From Camelus ferus (taxonomy: Eukaryota): DNA of 64,000 nt. Every line of letters starts with the position of its first letter. The first letter of the stretch is position 1. The position numbers were made by a program, and so were the translations under genes. This document shows, one piece after another, positions 29,766-43,129 of the stretch. The stretch covers positions 77,812,001-77,876,000 of the forward strand of contig NC_045696.1 in assembly GCF_009834535.1 (NCBI RefSeq), in the 5' to 3' direction. Under the pieces are notes generated by a model. That model worked only from the letters and a program-made list of their open reading frames with translations, did no database searches and had not been told where the DNA came from.

Positions 29766-29960
29766 AGAGCAGAACTTTTGGCAAAGATGAAAACGTTCCT
29801 CTGCACTGTCCAGTAGGGTAGCCACTGTCACATATTACTATTAAGCACATAAAAAGTGGTTTGTATGACCGAGGAATTGAATTCTCCATTTTATTTAATT
29901 TTCATTAAATTTAAACCTAAAAATCCACGTGCAGCTAGTGTACACTATTGAACAGTTCAG
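29766..29960 (+). mobile_element. MER3 hAT-Charlie element
   Basis: 'gcactgtccagtagggtagccact...gaccgaggaattgaatt...ttttatttaattttcattaaatttaaa...ccacgtgcagctagtg'. Confidence 0.8.
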
Positions 29961-31245
29961 GTCTAGACTGTGGTTTCTTTCAGGGCTTTTATCTTCTTCT
30001 TTTTATCTCTAGAATTGTGCCTGGCACATAGAAAAAAAATGGGTTCCATGAATAATGTTTACTGAATTAGTAAGAGAGTGAATTGTGTACTATGAGATCA
30101 GCTTCGAACTTCCAGAAAAACTGAAATAAAAAGAACACAGAAACTAGGACAGAGCATTGAGCTCAGAACAGTGTGTTCAATAAGTAATAGGTACATGTAT
30201 ATTTTAGAGTAGCTTCTTGTAAAGCTGCTTCTGAATATGTTCTTTCACACTAGTGTAAACAGGGAAGTCTGAACAATAGATGAACTCAGCAAAGCAGACA
30301 ATAGCACTTCAACTTTGAATCTGAAAGAGTTTGTGTTCAGGGGCTGCTGACCCAAGAAAACAAAGGCAAATTTTTTGCCTCCACTGGCCAACCTTTCAGG
30401 TCTAACCAAGGAAAACTCTTCAAAGTAGAAGAAACATGCGGAGGCAGGTGCTATATTTTTTATGCAAGTGACAACAGATAATATCTCATTTGAAAGACGA
30501 CCAGTCCTCTCAAGAAAACCGTACAGTAGTTCAGTCCCGACTCAAAAGCATTTTTCACCACGTTGACACTCCCGTCAATTTTTGCTTTATCTTCTGTCTT
30601 CTGTCTTTCATATGATAAAAATAACTATAGAAAAGGAGCTTTGTTATCTGAAGTTACTTCTTTCTCTCTTTAAAGTACTAAAAAGGTTGGATACTATTTT
30701 AGTTTCCATAGGATTGGCATTTCCGCATAAAATCTTAAACAGGAGAAATGAAAGGGCATTGGGGAAGTTAAGCATGCTACATCAATGCCATGTCCTAATA
30801 TCATAATTACTTTGAAAGTTCAGTTATTCTTTTTAAATTGTTGATATCACTGACTATAGCTCCCATAGACTTGAACCAGAATCACTGACATTTAACCAAG
30901 GGCCTAATTGCTCATGAAAATTTCCCCAAAGTTTAAGGAAACTGTTAAGCCAATTAGTAGACAGGAACCCACTGATTGAAGCTTAATCCAGGCGAAACTG
31001 AATGCATCCTGGGTTAAAACATGATTGTAACGAGGACTAGCTCTTTGCACACTAGGTTCCTGGCATTTGTAACTTCCTACTGTACTTGAATTCATTTAAT
31101 GCAGAAGCACAAACTCAGTCCCCGAGGTAGATTTTGTCACATTTATGGCTCTGGCAGGATTTGCCTGATCTGAAGCAAGTCACTAAGTTTCTTCATGCCT
31201 CAGATTCTCCCTGAGTAAACTGCGCTGACTGTGAGCAGGAGCCCC

Positions 31246-31648
31246 TGCATGAATGGGCTAGGGCTGCCGCCACCGAGCCACAGCCTGGGTGGCTTGAGCA
31301 ACAGAAATGCACTCTCTTGCAGTTCTGGAGACTAGACATCCAAGATCAAGGTGTCAGCAGGTCTGGTTTCTTCTGAGGCCTCTTTCCTAAGCTTGCAGAC
31401 GGCCACCTGCTTCCTGTGTCTTCATGCGGTCTTTCTCCTGTGTGCAGACGTCCTTGGCGTCTCCTCGGGTCAAATGTCCTCTCACACGGACACCAGTCAG
31501 ACTGGGTCAGGACCCACCCTGATGGCTTTGCTTTAACTTAAGCACTTCTTTAAAGGCCCTATTTCCAAGTAGTCATATTCTGAGGTACTGAGGACTAGGG
31601 TTTCTACATATTAGTTTTGGGGTGGGGGGACAATATTGGACTATAACA
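31246..31648 (-). mobile_element. MLT1A-type MaLR solo LTR with 5-bp TSD
   Basis: GCCCC on both sides (31241-31245 and 31649-31653); TG...TAACA termini; 'ccaagatcaaggtgtcagcagg...gtttcttctgaggcctct'. Confidence 0.9.
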
Positions 31649-31939
31649 GCCCCTTTTAGTCTCTCCTGAGAGTTTTGCGAGACTAGATTATGATTAGTTT
31701 GGGTCAAGACATCTAGAAACAACAGACTCAGGAGTGCTTAGCTTTCTACCCATGTGTCCACATGACTTTTCTTATCGGATTATTTTCTGTGACATGACCC
31801 TATTCACACAGCTCTTCAATACAGCTTCTTAAATTAATTGTTGAGAGAAGGGTGGGAGGAGAGAAAGAGAGAGTGATTCTAGCTATGATACAGGTCCAGT
31901 CCCTCTTTACCAGAGAAAATCTATAGCATAATAATAACA

Positions 31940-32130
31940 ATTAACATTTATATTAACTAAATGGCAAGCACTCTGCTGCAAACTATAGATATATTCAATT
32001 CCTTTACTCTTCACAAAAACCCTTCTAGTAGGGACGATATCACCTGATTTTATGGGTAAAGAAAGGAGGCCCAGGGCTACTAAGTGGAGGAACTGGGATT
32101 TCAACCCAGGTAGACCGAATCCACAGTGCT
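31940..32130 (-). mobile_element. MIR SINE
   Basis: 'attttatgggtaaagaaaggaggcccag...ctaagtggaggaactgggatttcaacccagg'. Confidence 0.75.
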
Positions 32131-32139
32131 CACACAGCA

Positions 32140-32340
32140 GGCTTCAGTGTGAAATCCTGGGTGATTTTCTAGTTCTGTCATTTTCTGCCTGTTTTATCCT
32201 TAAATGAGTCATAACTTCAGAGTGCCTCCCTGTAACAGTGCCTAATTTACAGAGCTGTTGCAAAAGTGAGTGAGTTAATATGTAACGAAAAACTTTGAAG
32301 ACTGCAAAACACATTATAAATATTAATGACTATTTTTCAT
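32140..32340 (+). mobile_element. MIR SINE (degraded)
   Basis: 'taacagtgcctaatttacagagctgttgcaaaagtgagtgagttaatatgtaa'. Confidence 0.55.
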
Positions 32341-32499
32341 CATTTCCAAATAGTTGATACAACAGAGTCAGCAGGTGGTGACATTCTAATTGAGAGACTT
32401 ACAGATATACTCAGTGCCATCACAGAGAGACTAGTCATGACAGAGCTGACTGACATGTCCCATTCATGTGGGAATAAATAAAAGTGAAACTTACATTCC

Positions 32500-33990
32500 A
32501 ATTCATGCATTCATCTACTTACGTATTCATTCATTCAATATTTAAATGCCTACTCTATACAGTCAAAAAAAGCTGCTAAGATAGCAGGAGCTTCAAATAG
32601 ATAAAAGATCTATAATTCATACAATGTGATTATTACTACAATAGAGCCCTTTAAAGTATACACAGAAAAGAAGCAATTAATTTTCTTCTGGTGTTCAAGG
32701 AATGGGTAGTAAGTCTATCAGGGAAGATTTCATAGAGCAGGTGACAATGGTAGACTGCGTGGGATATCCTCAAAGGGGAAAAGTGAGACATTCACATTGG
32801 GATCATTACCTGCAGCGTTAAAGGGCAAAGCCTGTTCCTGAGCTAGCAAGCCACTCATGCAAGTTCAACCTTAGGATGCCTAGAGGGGGCCAGGTCTGGT
32901 AGGGGAGATAGGGACGCTAACGTTAAAGCTGTGGTAGTTATCTAGAATGAGGACATGAATGTCATAATACTGAAAAGAAATATTACGCTGTAGAAATAGG
33001 CAAACAACAGGGGCTCTGCTCACAGATCTCTGTTCTTAAAGACAATCTACTATCAACATCTGGAAAACCCTCAAAATGCAAAAGAATAGACTCAAAAGGA
33101 TTAATCCAGATAATTTCACAACAATATTAGCAAGCAATTAAGAGGTTGTGAGTTATGGCAGTGGAAGTTAAAAATAGGGAAGAATGAATGGATTTAGGGC
33201 CTCTGAAGTTAAATTAAATGGAATTTGGTGACTGATTGGATAAGGAAGAGGAAAAGAAAAGGAAATGTATTAAGTTAAACCATGTGAAATTGCTGGTTCT
33301 GTATGTCTAATGGTTGGACATTGGCTGTGAGTTTCAATCTACTATGATAATACCTAGCTTGCTAGCTGCTGGGTTAAGTGAATCAAAATGACCCATTAAC
33401 TGAGAGAACACATATGGGAAGAGAACAAAGTTTGAGGAGTGATGGAAGAGAAATGACATTTAGCCAATTGGAACTGAGGTTCCTGGGCATTTTCAAGCAG
33501 GCAAATGGGCACCAGAGAGACAGGTTCCGGAGATCTCCAGGATGTCCAGGGTAGCTGAGGCCTAGGAGTTAATGTGTTTTCTTCTTTTTTCCTTCACATT
33601 CACCCAGGTAGAGTGTGAAGAAAAGAAAAGACCTGAGGATGAAACCATGTGTTTCCACATGTGCATGAGTGTGGAGGGGACACATTTAAGGGACAAATAC
33701 AGACATGACTAGTGCAGCAGGAAAAGAAATCATGAAGAATGCCTTAAGATCCAAAATGAGAGATGCAGAGCCATCTGTAAGGTTAAGAGTTGAAAAGAGA
33801 CACCTGATTGTCCCCTACTGACCCTCAGGAGAGCTGAGATGTTCCTGTCCACTCTCTCCAATGCAGAAGCATTTTCATTCAGTAGCAAAAGTGCAAATGA
33901 AATCATCGCGGGAGGAAGCGTGGACCAAAGACCTAAAAATGGACATAGTAGAAAAATCCCTTCAGAGTCTGGAGGATGAGAGAGGAGAAA
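32500..33990 (-). mobile_element. L2 LINE, long degraded 3' portion
   Basis: Begins with the antisense tail 'attcattcattcaatatttaaatgcctactctat'; later 'gaatttggtgactgattggat'. Confidence 0.65.
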
Positions 33991-34954
33991 AGGAGGGCAG
34001 TGTCACAAGGAGGGGCAGCACTGCCAGAAAGACTGGTTTCATTTTGTCTTGTGTGTTTGTTTCCTGAGGGTGATGAAAAACGTCTGCTTGAGGGCTGATA
34101 AAAAAGATATAGTGAAGAGGAAATGAATGGATATTTGGGAGAAGAGGGATCTGTGAAGTCCCGATGAAAGAGGTAGTGGCAACAGAAGCCAACATCACAG
34201 CAAGAGAGGAATAAAAATATCAAGGACCTTGTAACTCAGAGCCAAACCACATGAACCACAAAGTCAAGAATATTTTTTATAAACCTGAAATGTTGATGAT
34301 GGTGACTATACCTTAACATACACCTGTGAAATAACCCCAGAGATTATATCTAACTAGTCTCCATAGATTAAAGAGAGCTTTGCATTTTTAAATCTGGTTA
34401 ATTCTTTTCTGTACCTTTTATACTCCTGGAAGTGTTCTGCTTTTGTGTTTTCCCACCTCACACTCTTAAGGCTAGTGAAGTGTGACGGAGATGAAGAAAA
34501 GTCTGTTAAGGAAAAGTAAGTAGACAAGTTTACATTTTTTAACTCATTTTGGAATATGATTTTTCACAGCAAGGGTATACACTCCTGGAAGGCTGATAAC
34601 ATATTTCATCTTTACAATTACTAGATCAAACATGTAGAGAATGAAAGTTGATAGTTCCTAAATGTTATACAATATTATCTAAAATGAACATAAATTGCAT
34701 GAACCTTCAGGTTTTCACTCATTCTAAGATGACCTTCGGAAATTACTTCTGCAGCCATAAAACTAAACATTCAAGGATGATGCATGTGCGGTGCATTAAG
34801 TGAGAAGTGTCTGCATGGCACACGTTGAGAAAGAACAGTTGGCAGGTCTGCCAAAGCACCACTTTGTAGTTCCTTTTTTTTTTCTCCCATTTCACCTGTG
34901 TAAAAAAGATAAAATATCTGTGTTCGAGAATCTTTAAGTGTGCTAAATCTTATA

Positions 34955-34955
<1 letters not shown>

Positions 34956-34997
<42 letters not shown>
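34956..34997 (+). repeat. (TG)21 microsatellite
   Basis: Read directly. Confidence 0.98.
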
Positions 34998-35001
<4 letters not shown>

Positions 35002-35592
35002 GTGAGGTAAAAAAGAAGGTAATAATGGCAGTAGCCAGAATTCTTGGGTCAAAAGGGAGCCTGGCAGTAAATGACTCGAATCCTGCTGTGACCTAAGATC
35101 TTCGATTTCCATGTCCCCTGATTAGCCTCCCTGTGATTCCAATCAACAGAACCCAGGAGAAGGAGGAGGCAGCAGCCTTCGGGAGGTCCTAACAGCCATA
35201 AAAATGTAATGACTCAAGTCTTTGAGAGTTCAGACTAAAACACATGAAGAAAACTTGTTGTTTACATAGATCTCTCTCATATTCCCTACTCTGCCCCTCC
35301 AGCTTTGCTTTCTCTCTTCTCATTCTCTCCTTCTCAGAGGAAGAGGTGCTCAATCTGCTTCCCAAGGTCAACTCCCCCCGCTAAGAACTTGAGTACATTT
35401 TTAACTGTCTCTTTGGGTCCCTGCTACATTTACTATCTGATGTCTTTTTTGTAGCTTCAGTTCCTTTTTCTTCAGAACATAAATCCTCAGCCTGCATAAA
35501 TCCCTGGTCAACATTCTAAATAAATGAAAACACAACACAACAAAAAGAATAATTCAATGATATCTTCCCTTGACTGTCATTCTCACAAGTGA

Positions 35593-35973
35593 TGTCTGTT
35601 CTGTTTCTCTTTTGCTAGGAAACAAACCATAGTGTTTGAAAACAATAATGTATGATGATCACTCATGGTTCTGTGGGTTGATTGCGTTGCAGTGGGCAGT
35701 TTTCACTCAGGGTCTCTCATGTAGTTTTGGTTGGGTGGTGGTCCTAAGAAGTCATCCAGGCACACATTTGTGGTCTGATGTCTCTCTTCAGCAAGCTCTT
35801 CTCATGGCTACCCAGAGTCTCCTCACAGACGGCAGTCACAGGATAACTGCACTTTTTACATGGTGACTGGATCTCTCCAGGGCAAACATTCCGAGAGACA
35901 GGAAGTGGAAGCGGGATCCATCTCTTAACAGGACGAATATCAAAGAATTTGTGGCCACCTTTCATCTGCCACA
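35593..35973 (-). mobile_element. MLT1G/H-type MaLR LTR
   Basis: 'ctcatggttctgtgggttga...cattccgagagacaggaagtggaagc...caaagaatttgtggccacctttcatctgccaca'. Confidence 0.7.
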
Positions 35974-36079
35974 TATATCTACTTCCCTTTACTGCAAACA
36001 GTCGTGTAATAATTCCAAACTCGTGCTGCTCTTGCATCCTCCCTGCTCACCGTATCACCCACACACGAAGAGCTAACCT

Positions 36080-36260
36080 TGACTGAGAACTTGTGACTTG
36101 CCAGGCACTATGTCAAGTTCTTTTTGAACATAACCTCAAGTAATATCTATAAAGCAGACAAAATTACTGTTACAATCTCTACTTTAAGCTTGAGCAAACA
36201 GAGCCTTCAAGATTTTAGGTTTTTGCCCATGATCACATAGTTTGCTACTTAGTAGACTAG
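36080..36260 (-). mobile_element. MIR SINE
   Basis: 'tgactgagaacttgtgacttgccaggcactatg...gagcaaacagagcc...ttgcccatgatcacatag'. Confidence 0.65.
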
Positions 36261-36269
36261 CTAACAACT

Positions 36270-36800
36270 GGAGGCTACTCTGTTCTCCCTCATTGATTCT
36301 TTAATTCCTCACAATGTGCTTTTGTTTCACCTGAAGTTGTTCTCTTGGAGGCCATCATTGATTTGCTGTTTCTCTAGACAAAATAGCTTTGATCAACCCT
36401 TCCTTGATCTAGCTGGGGCTTTTGAGCTTGGTGACCAATCTGTCTTCTTAGAACCCTCATCTCTCAGCATCAATGACAGTATTTGATTTGGGGTCTCCTT
36501 TCATATCTGTGACATTCATTTTTCTTAATCTCATAAAGTTTATAGTTTCAGCAAACATTTCTCTATCTACTTGACTTCTAATATTCTATATTTAGCTTTC
36601 ACCTTTCTCCTGAACTCAAGTATAATTTCAAATTCTTTGCTAGTCTTTCTACCCAAGTAGTTTGCCAATATTTAAGCTCAATATGTATGAATTATTTTCT
36701 TCATTTTCAAACTCCAATTAACCCTTTTCTTATATGCTTTATTTCTGATAAAGGGCACTATCACAATCTCAGTAACTAGGCTCAAAATGTTGGCTACGTG
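36270..36800 (+). mobile_element. L2 fragment, resuming at about 37220-37490 after an MLT1 insertion
   Basis: 'cctttctcctgaactcaag', 'gggcactatcacaatctcagtaactaggctcaaaa', and later 'caatcttactcactgctgccaggatgatctttt'. Confidence 0.6.
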
Positions 36801-37215
36801 AATCCTTATTTTTTGTCTTATACCTCTTTCTTTTGAGAAGATCTTTCCTCTCTCCTTGTCTAAGGGTTTGAAAAGAGGTTGATCCCAACTGTAGCTCCTG
36901 GGGTGGAAAGCTGACTTAAATTGAGTCACTAGAGCCATTCACTACTTTCTGATTGAAATACATATGAAGAGGCTCCCTTTTGATGGAGATTTTCCAGCCT
37001 CTTGGATGATGTAATTCTGGAGTCCAGGAGCCATCTACACCACCACATATATGCAATCTACCTGAAGATGAGCCAGTAAGGGAAAGTGGATCTGAGAAAC
37101 AGCACAAGAAGGAATGTCTTGATTCAAATATATGAACCAATGAATTCTCATTTTCATTTAAGCAAGTTTGAGTTGGTTTCCTGTCACTTGTAATGTACAG
37201 AATACTGACTGATGC
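36800..37215 (+). mobile_element. MLT1I/J/K-type MaLR LTR
   Basis: 3' end 'tgaaccaatgaattctc...ttaagcaagtttgagttggtttcctgtcacttgtaa...ctgactgatgc'. Confidence 0.7.
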
Positions 37216-37529
37216 CACTGTCATCATATTTGACTCTTGTTCTCCTAACCAATTCCTGTTAATTCTACCCCGATACAGTTCTCTTCTGTGTATTATCACA
37301 GCTACCACCCTAGCTCAAAACTTCATCATCTGTCATCTAGAGTAAAACAACAGCCTCCCACTTGCTGTAGAACTTTGCTGTTTCAATCAATCTTACTCAC
37401 TGCTGCCAGGATGATCTTTTAAAATTATAGTTTTGATAGTGTCAAACTTCTTAGCTTGTCATTCAAGGCCATTCACAATCTGTCTGTATTTATCCATAGA
37501 GTTATCTACCAATTCATGTATTATGTAGC

Positions 37530-37770
37530 AGAATGTAGTGCTTAAAAGCAGACTCTGGAGCCAGATTCCTGAGTTTAAATCCTGAATCTGCCATTCCTTA
37601 GCTATATAAATTGATCGGCTTTCTTACCTTCTCTCTGCATTAGTTTCTCCATTTACAAAATGGAGCTAATAGTAACTACATCATAATGTTTTATGAGGAT
37701 TAAAGTAATTAATAGTGGTAAAGCACTTTGAATATACCTGGCACATAATAATTATTAGTTATTATTATTA
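37530..37770 (+). mobile_element. MIR SINE, near full length
   Basis: 'gactctggagccagattcctgagtttaaatcctg...tagtttctccatttacaaaatggagctaatagtaactacatcataatgttttatgaggattaaa'. Confidence 0.9.
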
Positions 37771-37899
37771 GTTTTTACAAGAAAGTAAAACATTAGAGTG
37801 AAAGAATTTTATTTCCTTTCTTTTTTTGTAGCCCTAGTGTCTAACACATTCTGATTCATAGAAGGCTCCAATCAGAAGTTTACTGAATAAATGCATGAA

Positions 37900-38004
37900 T
37901 AAAAAGAAAGAAAGAATGAAGAAGGAAGGAAGAAAGAGAAAGGAAAAAAGGGAAAGAAAAGAAAAGGAAAAGGAAAGGGGAAAAGAAAAAAAAGAAAAAG
38001 AAAA
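37900..38004 (+). repeat. GA-rich purine low-complexity tract
   Basis: About 100 nt of almost pure A/G, directly after an L2-like tail ('tttactgaataaatgcatgaat'). Confidence 0.9.
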
Positions 38005-38964
38005 ACTTCTGCTTTCTCTGAAAACAAAGCTCCTTGCTCCACAGGAAGGTCCACATCTGTGTTTCTACTCTGTGCCTTTAAGCCTGTTGTATCTTTGGGC
38101 TAGAAAACTCTTTTCCTCCAGTATTATATATGGGATACTATTTATACTTCAATACTTTACTCAAATGCTGCCTTCTTGAGTAATTGACTTAGATCCCTCT
38201 AGCCAGCTATATATGCAACTGTCCCCCCAAAATTTAGTCTGATTTATCTAGACTTCTCTAATGGCACATATTTTTCCCTGCCTTGCATTAGAGCTATTTA
38301 TGTATGCACATTACACCTTGTTTCTAAAGAAAAATGATTATGGCAGGTGGAAGAAGGATTATCTTCACAGTATCCCATAACACCTAACACAGGGTCTTGG
38401 GTGTTCAAGACATTCAATATTTGTTTTTGTGTTACTGTATATGACCATAATACATATGCAAACAAGTGATTTATTGCTAGGAAGAATAGAGATATGCCAA
38501 TATTAAGGGTCTAATTAGAATATAAGAAATAAATCTTGCAATATTAGTGAACCAAATATGCTGAAGGCTTTAGAATCAACAAAACCAGATCAGACCCCAC
38601 GGACCGGCAGTTGCAAGATTGGCTTTAGCTGTGTATAATGAAGAAAAGACATGGCAGGCTTACTACAAATGTAAGAAAATCAAATCAAACATCATTTTAA
38701 ATACATGACTAGTGTCATCAACAAAACCTAGCTAATATATGAGAGGCAATAATTTGGCCAGTAACTGATGAAATGAGCAAAGTTAAATAATACATGGAAC
38801 CAGATCATGTAGAAAAAGAATGTGAATCATCCTGGAATGCCCACTAAAGGCTCATGTCAGGTTCTCCATCATGGACTTGTATCAGTCACACTACTCTGAG
38901 TCTGTAACCCTAGCTCACAAGTGCAAGAAATTACCAGGTAGATCTAAAGAACTAAGAAATTAAA

Positions 38965-39322
38965 TTAGTAAGTCGAGCTCATAGAAACAGAGAGTAGAAT
39001 GGTAGTTGTCAGGGCCTAGGGAGTATGGGAAATAGGGAGAAATTAATAAAAGGGTAAAAACTTTCAGTTACAGAATGAATAAGAAATAAGGATCTAACAG
39101 AATTATATTGTTGTATATCCAGTTGATAATATTGGATTTCAGAATTGAAATTTTCTAAGAAAGAATAAAGTGAGATGCTGTATGTGTAAACTCAATGGTG
39201 AGAATCCTTTCACCATGTGTGTGTATGTGTGTGTATATATATATATCGAATCATCACATTGCACACTTTAAATATCTTACAATCTTATTTGTCACTTAGA
39301 CCCCAAAAAAGCTTGAAAAAAG
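38965..39322 (+). mobile_element. L1 3' UTR end (L1MA9-like)
   Basis: 'ctcatagaaacagagagtagaatggtagttgtcaggg...aactttcagttac...atcatcacattgcacactttaaatatcttacaat...aaagcttgaaaaaa'. Confidence 0.85.
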
Positions 39323-39945
39323 ATAGGAATAAGAACAGAGTTCAGAAACAAATTTAAATCCACAGATTTAGCATTTTGTACTCAACTCCGAGAAGACAGA
39401 GATGACCAGATTGTAATGATTATATTTTTATTTGCTTAATTTTTAGAGTGATTAAAGCATTAAGAAACTCTAATGTTAGAATTGTTAAGGTACTTCATTG
39501 CCTAAGTTTACAATAAGCTTAAATGTTCGGTGAGATCTCAGTAGTTATATGCATATTTTATCAGCTGTATTAGTATCATATTGATAATTAGAAAATGTTA
39601 AACTGAAAATTAAACAAAGTAAAAATAGTAGTAAGTACTCCTATCTTTGCACTAAGGCCCCTTGAATATTAATGAATCTATTCCAAACTGAAGTATGGAA
39701 TGTCCAATAATGAATCATGGCTCAAATATTTACTGTTAATCTGTATTAACCTTACAGTAAAACATGAAGAAAATACATTATAACTAATTATTGTAGTCTC
39801 TTTACATCTCCCTGGAAATAAGCAAGGGGCCTAAAATTCTTAGGACAGTGAATTTAAGTTGTATAATCACTGAAAAGAAAATCCTTAAGTGAAACTAATA
39901 ATGAAAGAATTCTCAGAAATCCTCTAAGATATACTTTGCTAAGAC

Positions 39946-40095
39946 TGTATTACTTTGCTAATGCTGCCAACCTAATCACCTCATTTTAACTTACCTCTGT
40001 AAAAACCCTATTTCGAAATGCAGTCACATTCTGAGATACTGTGGTTTAGGACCTCAGCATGTGAATTTTGTGGGGACACATTTCAGCCCATAACA
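39946..40095 (-). mobile_element. Internally deleted MLT1A-type LTR
   Basis: Both termini are present ('tgtattactttgctaatgctgcca' and 'ggggacacatttcagcccataaca') but the element is only 150 bp. Confidence 0.8.
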
Positions 40096-40539
40096 ATGGC
40101 ATAAAGATTTCATTTTATTTTTTTCTATTGGTAAAAAACTGCATTTTTATAACGCTCTTAAAATGTAAACCAATTAGAAAGGCAATTTCATACATTATTT
40201 TTAAAAAGTCCAACCCTTAAGTATACCCATTCACTCATGTAAAGATGGGAAGCAAATCAAATAGAAATACCCAGTTGGGCCTAACTCAGGATAGACTCTA
40301 AACTTCCTATCCCACACTACGGTACCAATGAGCCCCAACATTTTTCCATATATCACCAGGTAAAATAGTATCCTTAGTAGAATAACCTGGATCATCATAG
40401 GCATAGTTGTAAAATATTAATATATACTTTCAATAATCTTTCATTTCCCATTTATAAAGCCTGCTGCAACAGGGGATTAAGACTTTCATATTTGATCATC
40501 TGCCACCCTATCAAGACTTTCTCAGTTTACATTCATACA

Positions 40540-41145
40540 TTACTCAGGATTATAATTGGCCTTGTTTCTTGGAAAGGATTTGGCCATATTTATCAAAATT
40601 AAGTTGACCTAGAACTCCTACTCCTGGGAAATTTGCCCTGTTGATACGTTGTCCTTGAAGGAAATGATGCAAGTACAGAAGTATTTTTTACAGCATTGTT
40701 GTAGTAGCAAAAGATTGAAATGACCTAACAGTCCACCAACAGTCCACTAACATTTAATTAGATAAACATGTTCTGAACACACACTGGAATACCTCACAGC
40801 TGAGAAAAAGAATGAAGACTTCATTTTTGTAACAGCAGAGAAAGTTGCCCAAGGTATATTGCTAAGTGAAAAAGGTAAGGTTCAAGAGCGTTTGTATAAA
40901 AGCTTGTATAAGTTTGCATACACATGTGTGTGTGTGTTTGTATGTGTGCAGGTGTATAATTATTTGTATCTAAATTTAAAAACATCAGGAAGAACACAGA
41001 AAACACTGATGAAGGAATTATCTGTGGAATAAGGAGGAGGGAAAGAAATGGGAACAAAATTTTCCACCAAAATCTTTTCACACTGTTTGATTTGGAATCA
41101 TGTGAACATATCATTTCCCAAAGAAAAGAAATTTGAAAAAAAATG
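40540..41145 (+). mobile_element. Old L1 (L1ME-like) 3' region
   Basis: 'cagcattgttgtagtagcaaaagattgaaatgacctaa...cactggaatacctcacagctgagaaaaagaatga'. Confidence 0.75.
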
Positions 41146-41389
41146 CTGTTTTTTTGCTGTTAGAGTAGGTGAAAAAATTACAGCTTTCAGGTAAGATGTA
41201 CATATATCTCATTTTCCCCAGAGAATCCAATTTTATATTTTGGTCCTTATGTCTTATACAGTTTAACATTTGTCGTAGAAAGCACAAACTGTTTTGGACA
41301 GTAAATTACATGGTAATCTCCTTTTCTGAGCATCTTACTATATGCCAGGCACATTGGCAAGGCAATAAAGCCCCTTTTGATTAGTTGAC

Positions 41390-41535
41390 TTTCTTTTTAT
41401 TGTGGTAAAGTTCACATAACAGAAAATTCACCATTTGAACTACTTTAAAATGTACAATTCTGTAGCATTTAATATATTCACGAGGTTATGCAAATATCAT
41501 CACTACCTAGTTCCAGAACATTTTCATTCCCTCAA
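41390..41535 (-). mobile_element. L1MB-like 3' terminus
   Basis: 'tttattgtggtaaagttcacataacagaaaattcaccattt...tgtacaattc...ctagttccagaacattttcatt'. Confidence 0.85.
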
Positions 41536-41889
41536 TAATTTGTTTTTGTTTAATATAGGAGCTTTCTTGCTATATCGTGTATCTAGAGAGAGAAAAAGAG
41601 AAATAGCAGGATTTCTTAGAGTCCTTATATGTGAAGTCCACACCAGAGAGACTAAAAATGTCTTCAGAGGAACAGATAAAATGGATAAAGGATAGTACTG
41701 TGTTGACTTTTTCATTGAGTTTCATTACAAAGGTTAAGTCCATGTCAGTGACTGAGAAAATCATTTAAGAAATAAAACTCAAGCCTTTGTAGGAAATAGC
41801 TAAGGTTCTTATAAACAGAGTATGATCAAATTTCACAAATAATAGTTTCCATTGTTGGTATTCAGATTCAACAAGGGAAAGCAAAAGGA

Positions 41890-42130
41890 AATTAAAATTT
41901 TTGAGGGCCTACTATGTTCCAATCATTTGTGGCAGGTTTACCCATATATTGTCTAGTCAAATCTTCACAATAAAAATGTAATGCAGATATGAAAACAATT
42001 TTATAAATGAAGAAACAGACTTTCATTAGACGAAGGGATTTGTCAAAGGTGTTACATTCAACAATGATGGAGCTGGAAGTCAAGCCTGACTCTCCCACTG
42101 TAAGTGCAAGGCTCTTTTCACTTTACCAGA
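41890..42130 (-). mobile_element. MIR SINE
   Basis: 'attttataaatgaagaaacagac...agggatttgtcaaaggt...gatggagctggaagtcaagcc'. Confidence 0.75.
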
Positions 42131-43129
42131 CACAAAATATGACAACCTGAGATTCAGGTTATCTTCAGAGGAGAAAGCAATACACACATCCTATATAGCC
42201 TCCTCCCAGCTTCCTCCAAAGGAGGAGCTGATACAGACTGGATTTAGGGAATTTCCTAAGAAGGGAAATACTGTAAAAGTAAAACCAGGAAAGTTACATT
42301 AAACATTCCTCCACTACTTGATACAGTGGTCTGTTAGGGGCGATGCTTAACTTCCTTTTATATGATACTCATGGCAGAGGGGAAAACATTTTAAAAACTT
42401 CTATTTACACATTTGTATCTTTATTCCTAAGAGAGGGGAAATGCTTCTTATATGCTGTAGCTAAATCTTTTTCCTTTATCTTATAATGACACCATAACTT
42501 AACAGTATCTTCACTTAAAAAAACAGTAAAATTATTTTTAAGATTCTTAATATGTTTTCACATACAATTGAGGAAATACAGCTTGTACTCAGGGTCCCTG
42601 ACTTTAGGTCCTACAGTTTTCAGTAACACTTATCTATACTGCATATACATTTTAAAATATATGACTGTACTTTCTAATTAAAATAGAATTTTGAGCACCA
42701 TCCTTATAATATGGTAGGTATTTTTCACAAAGTTAATTTGAAGGAAAAAAGAGAAAATAGTAATGGTCTTGGGAATTTAGATTAAGCATTTGAATAAACT
42801 ACCCATTTTCAGCCATCTGCTCTAACCATGTGATTTAAGGACCACTGTCTATCCTGAAACTATTTCATAAACATTTATAATTTACAAAAAACTCCAAAGA
42901 TTTCATGAAATGGGATTTTACATGAATGATTGCAAATCAACAGGAATGAAGAAAATTTGTGGAAGATTTTTTTCACTGTTAGTAAGCATCACATTGCAAA
43001 TTTTGTAGAAAGTGAATTCTCTGAATGTGTGAACTTCTTCAGGATTAAAAAGATCAGTAAAGGTTTCATTTATCTGTTTACCAGATAGTTACTGTTTGCC
43101 TGCTGTGCACACGGATGCATACTCTTTTA

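Noticed and set aside
34771..35112. 113-aa ORF with a TH repeat
   Set aside because: It spans the (TG)21 microsatellite and shows no coding signature.
37872..38179. Lys/Glu-rich and Phe-rich ORFs
   Set aside because: They are translations of the GA-rich low-complexity tract.
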